Source: Candidatus Nanobsidianus stetteri
Lineage (GTDB): Archaea > Nanobdellota > Nanobdellia > Nanobdellales > Nanobdellaceae
DNA length: 9,569 bases
Direction: 5' to 3'
Assembly: GCF_003086415.1 (NCBI RefSeq)
Contig: NZ_QEFP02000017.1
Span: forward strand, 1 to 9,569
Below are positions 5,579 through 9,569 of the stretch, one piece after another (the stretch's first letter is position 1; each line of letters opens with the position of its first letter). Position numbers and translations under genes: made by a program. The notes under the pieces are model-generated. The model saw only the letters and a list, made by a program, of their open reading frames with translations. It did no database searches and was not told the DNA's origin.

Positions 5579-6487
5579 TCAGCCAGATACTAAAGGTTGT
5601 AATATATTATTAAAGAAACTATATGGCAAAGCCCCTGCAAACTCAAACATTATATAATTATGATCTGGTGTTGTATATACTGAAGGACTTAATCCATATT
5701 GTTTTAATTGATTTAATGCATTATTAACTTGCTGAACTGTTTGGAATGTAATTGATGATGTCTTTACAGCTATTATAAATGTTGGGGTTCCATCAATTCC
5801 ATATTCACTTGCGTCATAATTTTCTTCATTATATATTTGGGAATAATATTCTGAACTATTTACACATGAATCTATTTCATTAACATTTAATCCCAAAGCC
5901 TGAGCTTCTTCATTAAATACATTGTATACATCTTGTTGATTTGATAAAGTATCCCATGATATATTTTGCATTTGATTATACCAGCTCCAATTTGCAAATT
6001 CTTCCCATGTATTAAATCCATACAATGTATATACACATGTTAAATATTGTGATGTTATATTTGCATATGGATGTATTTGATATAGTGGGAAATTTACATA
6101 TACCCATGCTATTTTTCCATTATCTATATAATTTTGCTCAATTTGTGGAAATGTTTGTAAATAAAATAGATCACAATATGGACATGCATAATCCGAGAAT
6201 TCATATACAATAACATTTGAATTATTTGGATTTCCATATACTGGATCTATATTTGTAATATTTGGCAATGGTACTTGTGGTAATGTTTGTAAATATGCTT
6301 GTAATTCATTTGAAGAACTACTAGATGATCCATATACTTTTATATTTGATATTGAATTTGCTATAATATAAGCTCCTATAATTATTGATATTGCCAATAT
6401 TATAAATCCTATTATTATTGATTTCTCTAAATTAAGGTTGAAATTCGATTCTTTCTTTTCTTCATTTTTTTCTTTTTCATTTTCCAT
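5579..6487 (-). CDS. Membrane-anchored DsbA-family thiol:disulfide oxidoreductase (thioredoxin fold, CPYC active site)
   Basis: The 302-aa protein has a charged N-terminus, then one TM helix (IIIGFIILAISIIIGAYIIA), then a Ser-rich linker. The DsbA-type active site is EFSDYACPYC (CPYC = rc of 6173-6184). The cis-Pro loop region is YGIDGTPTFII. Stop codon is TGA. Confidence 0.8.
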   Translation of the reverse strand: MENEKEKNEEKKESNFNLNLEKSIIIGFIILAISIIIGAYIIANSISNIKVYGSSSSSSNELQAYLQTLPQVPLPNITNIDPVYGNPNNSNVIVYEFSDYACPYCDLFYLQTFPQIEQNYIDNGKIAWVYVNFPLYQIHPYANITSQYLTCVYTLYGFNTWEEFANWSWYNQMQNISWDTLSNQQDVYNVFNEEAQALGLNVNEIDSCVNSSEYYSQIYNEENYDASEYGIDGTPTFIIAVKTSSITFQTVQQVNNALNQLKQYGLSPSVYTTPDHNYIMFEFAGALPYSFFNNILQPLVSG

Positions 6488-6515
6488 TCAAAATATTTTA
6501 ATAAAAGATTTTTAT

Positions 6516-6674
6516 TTATTTAGATTCATTACTTTCAAGTAAATAAAATATTCCCATTATAAATGGTATTATTGATAAAGTTTTTGAATGAGTTAATACA
6601 TAAGTTAAAATTCCTAACAAAATTATTATCCCAAATATTAGCATATCCATTTTGTTTATTTTTATCATAATCAT
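6516..6674 (-). CDS. Small hypothetical membrane protein (52 aa, two hydrophobic segments), not in the supplied ORF track
   Basis: Hand translation gives MIMIKINKMDMLIFGIIILLGILTYVLTHSKTLSIIPFIMGIFYLLESNESK*. It is on the same strand as the DsbA-like gene and 28 bp upstream of it. An open 52-codon frame is moderately unlikely by chance in stop-rich AT-rich DNA. There is no homology support. Confidence 0.4.
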   Translation of the reverse strand: MIMIKINKMDMLIFGIIILLGILTYVLTHSKTLSIIPFIMGIFYLLESNESK

Positions 6675-6740
6675 TATTGTAATAAAACATCTTATATACT
6701 TTATTTTAAATATATAAATTTATGTTAGAATATCGGATCT

Positions 6741-9569
6741 ATGAACATGACTTGGACTAGAAATATAGAAGAAGAAATAAAAAAATTCTGGAAGGAGAAT
6801 TATATATATGAAAAATGGATTTTAAAGAATGAGAAAAATAAAAGATATATATTTTTAGAGGGTCCACCATATACAACAGGTTCTCCACATATGGGACATG
6901 CATATAATAGAACAATTAAAGATATTGTATTAAGATATTATCAAAAGAAAGGATTTAATGTATGGAATCAGGCTGGTTTTGATATGCATGGACTACCAAT
7001 TGAAGTAAAAGTTGAGGAAAAGATGAAGATTAGAGATAAAAGAGAAATAGAGAAAATTGGTGTTGATAAATTTATTAAAGAATGTTTTAATTTTGCATAT
7101 GGATCAATGAAGGATTTTACAAAATTCTATGAAGATATGGCACATTGGCAGGATATAGATAACCCATATTTACCAATTAAAAATGAATTTATTGAAAGGG
7201 TATGGGAAGCTTTAACAAAGGGTTATGAAAATAAATTAATATATAAAGAAAAGAAACCTGTTTGGTGGTGTCCTCATTGTCAAACATCATTATCAAAACA
7301 GGAAATAGATTTGGGATATGAAGATCCTTTATATAAAAAAGAAATATCAAATGCAATTTATGTAAAGTTTAAATCAAAAGATATGGAAAATACATATTAT
7401 ATAATATGGACCACTACTCCATGGACATTATTATATAATTTAGGTATTATGGTAAATCCTGAAATAAAATATGTAAAAATAAAGGTTCCAAAGATTTATG
7501 TTGAAGAATTAGAATTAGATTATAATAATCATAAAATTATAAAAATGAATATTAAGAGAGAAAATAATTATGAATATTGGATTGTTGCAAAAGATATATT
7601 AGAAAAATTAATGAGTAAATTAAATATTGAATATGAAATAGTAGATGAATTTTATGGAAAAGATTTAGAATTTAAAGAATATGAACCTTTATTCTATGAT
7701 GAATTAAAGGATTATATAGAAAAACTTAAATCAGAAAGTAGTGGAGTATTTAGGATTTGGCTATCAAAAGAATATGTAAATACACAGGAAGGTACTGGTT
7801 TGGTCCATTCAGCCCCAGGTTGTGGTTTTGAAGATTATGAAGTTGGTAAAAAATATAATGTGCTTCCATTTAATACAACAGATGAGACAGGAACTATTCT
7901 AAATATAAAATATTTTGAGGGATGGGTTGCAAAGAAAGATGATTATAAATTTATATTAGAAGTATTAAAGAAAAAAGCTTTGATATATTTTGAATGGTAT
8001 GAACACGATTATCCAATATGTTGGAGATGTAGAAATAGAGTAATTGTTAGATCTCCAGAACAAATATTCATTAATATATCTTCAATAAAACCAAAAGCAT
8101 TATTAGATATTGAAAATGTTAATTTTATACCAGAAGCTGCAAAAAATGCATTTATAAATACTGTAAAATCTGCACCAGATTGGGTAATATCTAGACAAAG
8201 ATATTGGGGAATTCCAATACCAATGTGGGTTGATAAAAATGGACATGTAAAATTTGTTAGAAATGTTAAAGAATTGGAAAAATTGACTGGATATATATTT
8301 AAGGAAATAATAATAGTAGTAAAGTTTACAGATTATACTGAAAAATTATTGTCAAGATATTTTAAAGAAAATAAAATATATTATGAAAGTGAAATAAATG
8401 ATGTAAATAAACTATATGATGTATTTAATAAATATGAAGATAAATCTATAATAATTGTAAATAATTTTAAATATGATATATTAAATCAAGTAAATGATCT
8501 ATATTATGTAAGAACACATGGATCAAGGGATTATGATATAATATATCTATATAATTATAATTTACATAGACCATATGTAGATAAATTTACATTCAAATGT
8601 GAAATTTGTGGAGAAGAAATGAGAAGAATTCCAGATATATTGGATGTATGGGTAGATTCTGGTTCAGCAACAGTAGCAACAAATACATATCCTGTAGATT
8701 TCATAACAGAAAATTATGATCAAATTAAGGGATGGTTCTATTCTCTAGCAATGGTGGGAGAATTGTATTATAATGATATACCATATAAAAATGTATATGT
8801 TGGTGGATATGTTTTAGATGTATATGGAAGGAAAATGTCAAAATCTTTGGGAAATGTTGTTTCTCCATATGATATAATTAATAAATATGGAGCAGATACA
8901 ATGAGACTATATTTAGGATCAATTGTAGAAGCATATGAAGATATAAAATTAAAATGGGAAGATATAAAAGTTAAATACCAAGTAATAAATACATTATTAA
9001 ATATTTCAACATATTTGGAAGAATATTCTAAATATTATAATATAAATCCTGCAAAAATAAATGTAGAAAATTTGAGATGGGAGGATAGATATATGTTACA
9101 TTTCATAGAAAAAAGTAAAAAAGAAATATATAATGCATTAGATAACTATTTGATATGGAAGGCAGGAAGAATATTACAAGATATGATATTAGAATTATCA
9201 AGATTTTATATAAAAGCTACAAGAGAGAGAATAAAGAGGGAACCTGATAAAGTATTATTTGTAATATATAAATCATTATATAATATAATAAATGTTGGAT
9301 CTATTATAATTCCCTTTATATCAGAATATATTTATCAAAAATTGAGAAATTTATATGGATTAGATGGAGAATCAATAATATTAGAAGACTTACCAAAAGT
9401 TGAAGAACAATATGTAGATGAAAAAATAGAAAAAGAATATGAATTGTTTAATAAAATTGTAGAAAATGCATTAAAACTAAGAAATATGTTAAATATAAAT
9501 ATAAGAAGACCATTGAAAACATTATATTTATATAAAGATGATGGGGGTATTTTATTTGAAATACTAAAT
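6741..9569 (+). CDS. ileS: Isoleucyl-tRNA synthetase (class Ia), 3'-partial; runs off the window end
   Basis: By my hand translation the frame has 943 sense codons and no stop. It is absent from the ORF track only because no stop lies in the window. Start is ATG 6741 or 6747. Motifs: HIGH as PYTTGSPHMGH (HMGH at 6888-6899); CP1 editing motifs WTTTPWTL and GTGLVHSAPGCGFEDY; Zn-type CPHC/CWRC/CEIC pairs; DWVISRQRYWGIPIP; DVWVDSGS; DQIKGWFYS; KMSKS (8832-8846); and the anticodon-binding helical region ending IRRPLKTLYLYKDD. Confidence 0.95.
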   Translation, partial: MNMTWTRNIEEEIKKFWKENYIYEKWILKNEKNKRYIFLEGPPYTTGSPHMGHAYNRTIKDIVLRYYQKKGFNVWNQAGFDMHGLPIEVKVEEKMKIRDKREIEKIGVDKFIKECFNFAYGSMKDFTKFYEDMAHWQDIDNPYLPIKNEFIERVWEALTKGYENKLIYKEKKPVWWCPHCQTSLSKQEIDLGYEDPLYKKEISNAIYVKFKSKDMENTYYIIWTTTPWTLLYNLGIMVNPEIKYVKIKVPKIYVEELELDYNNHKIIKMNIKRENNYEYWIVAKDILEKLMSKLNIEYEIVDEFYGKDLEFKEYEPLFYDELKDYIEKLKSESSGVFRIWLSKEYVNTQEGTGLVHSAPGCGFEDYEVGKKYNVLPFNTTDETGTILNIKYFEGWVAKKDDYKFILEVLKKKALIYFEWYEHDYPICWRCRNRVIVRSPEQIFINISSIKPKALLDIENVNFIPEAAKNAFINTVKSAPDWVISRQRYWGIPIPMWVDKNGHVKFVRNVKELEKLTGYIFKEIIIVVKFTDYTEKLLSRYFKENKIYYESEINDVNKLYDVFNKYEDKSIIIVNNFKYDILNQVNDLYYVRTHGSRDYDIIYLYNYNLHRPYVDKFTFKCEICGEEMRRIPDILDVWVDSGSATVATNTYPVDFITENYDQIKGWFYSLAMVGELYYNDIPYKNVYVGGYVLDVYGRKMSKSLGNVVSPYDIINKYGADTMRLYLGSIVEAYEDIKLKWEDIKVKYQVINTLLNISTYLEEYSKYYNINPAKINVENLRWEDRYMLHFIEKSKKEIYNALDNYLIWKAGRILQDMILELSRFYIKATRERIKREPDKVLFVIYKSLYNIINVGSIIIPFISEYIYQKLRNLYGLDGESIILEDLPKVEEQYVDEKIEKEYELFNKIVENALKLRNMLNINIRRPLKTLYLYKDDGGILFEILN
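9515..9569. repeat. Right copy of the perfect 55-bp terminal inverted repeat (partner 1-55)
   Basis: Exact reverse complement of 1-55. It lies inside the IleRS frame, where it encodes (L)KTLYLYKDDGGILFEILN. Confidence 0.95.

Noticed and set aside
6025-6213. 62-aa plus-strand ORF
   Set aside because: It is antisense within the DsbA-like gene, overlapping its CPYC active-site codons. It is a shadow ORF.
6741-9569. Suspicion that IleRS was missing from the ORF track because of in-frame stops or an alternative genetic code
   Set aside because: Hand translation shows 943 consecutive sense codons in the standard code. Every ORF in the track includes a terminal stop (lengths equal aa+1 codons), so the track simply omits ORFs that run off the window. 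There is no evidence of stop-codon reassignment, and genes here end in TAA, TAG and TGA.
1-9569. CRISPR arrays, IS elements or transposases, integrases, toxin-antitoxin pairs, viral genes
   Set aside because: I found no spaced direct repeats and no transposase- or integrase-like ORFs in any frame. Apart from the terminal repeat, the window is housekeeping-type chromosomal DNA. A linear plasmid or virus with ITRs is implausible given the EF-1alpha, IleRS and tRNA content.

Overview
Strongly AT-rich archaeal chromosomal DNA. The archaeal assignment rests on aEF-1alpha, an MCM helicase and a tRNA with a bulge-helix-bulge intron. A small-genome DPANN/Nanoarchaeota-like origin is my inference from the tRNA-Ile(UAU), the composition and the compact gene spacing. 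Gene order: MCM N-terminal-domain ORF (-, 3-911); intron-containing tRNA-Ile(UAU) (+, 978-1067); DHA2-type MFS transporter (+, 1194-2630); a 2H-phosphoesterase/metallophosphoesterase fusion gene split by a frame change inside an A10 tract (+, 2874-4036); aEF-1alpha (-, 4212-5543); a membrane-anchored DsbA-like CPYC oxidoreductase (-, 5579-6487) preceded by an untracked 52-codon membrane ORF (-, 6516-6674); and isoleucyl-tRNA synthetase (+, 6741-9569). The IleRS ORF is 943 codons, open to the window edge. It is missing from the supplied ORF track because the track only lists ORFs that end in a stop codon. The most unusual feature is that the two window ends are a perfect 55-bp inverted repeat (1-55 versus 9515-9569). 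The right copy reads as native IleRS sequence. The left copy supplies a 16-aa tail and a TAA stop that cut MCM just after the APxxYG motif, so no AAA+ ATPase module follows. This is either a real rearrangement or invertible-segment boundary, or an assembly or amplification artefact. Other points worth checking are the possible -1 recoding site, the unusual 2H+MPP RNA-end-healing architecture, the rare archaeal UAU isoleucine tRNA, and a ~90-aa insertion in IleRS. I saw no CRISPR array, IS element, integrase or rRNA.
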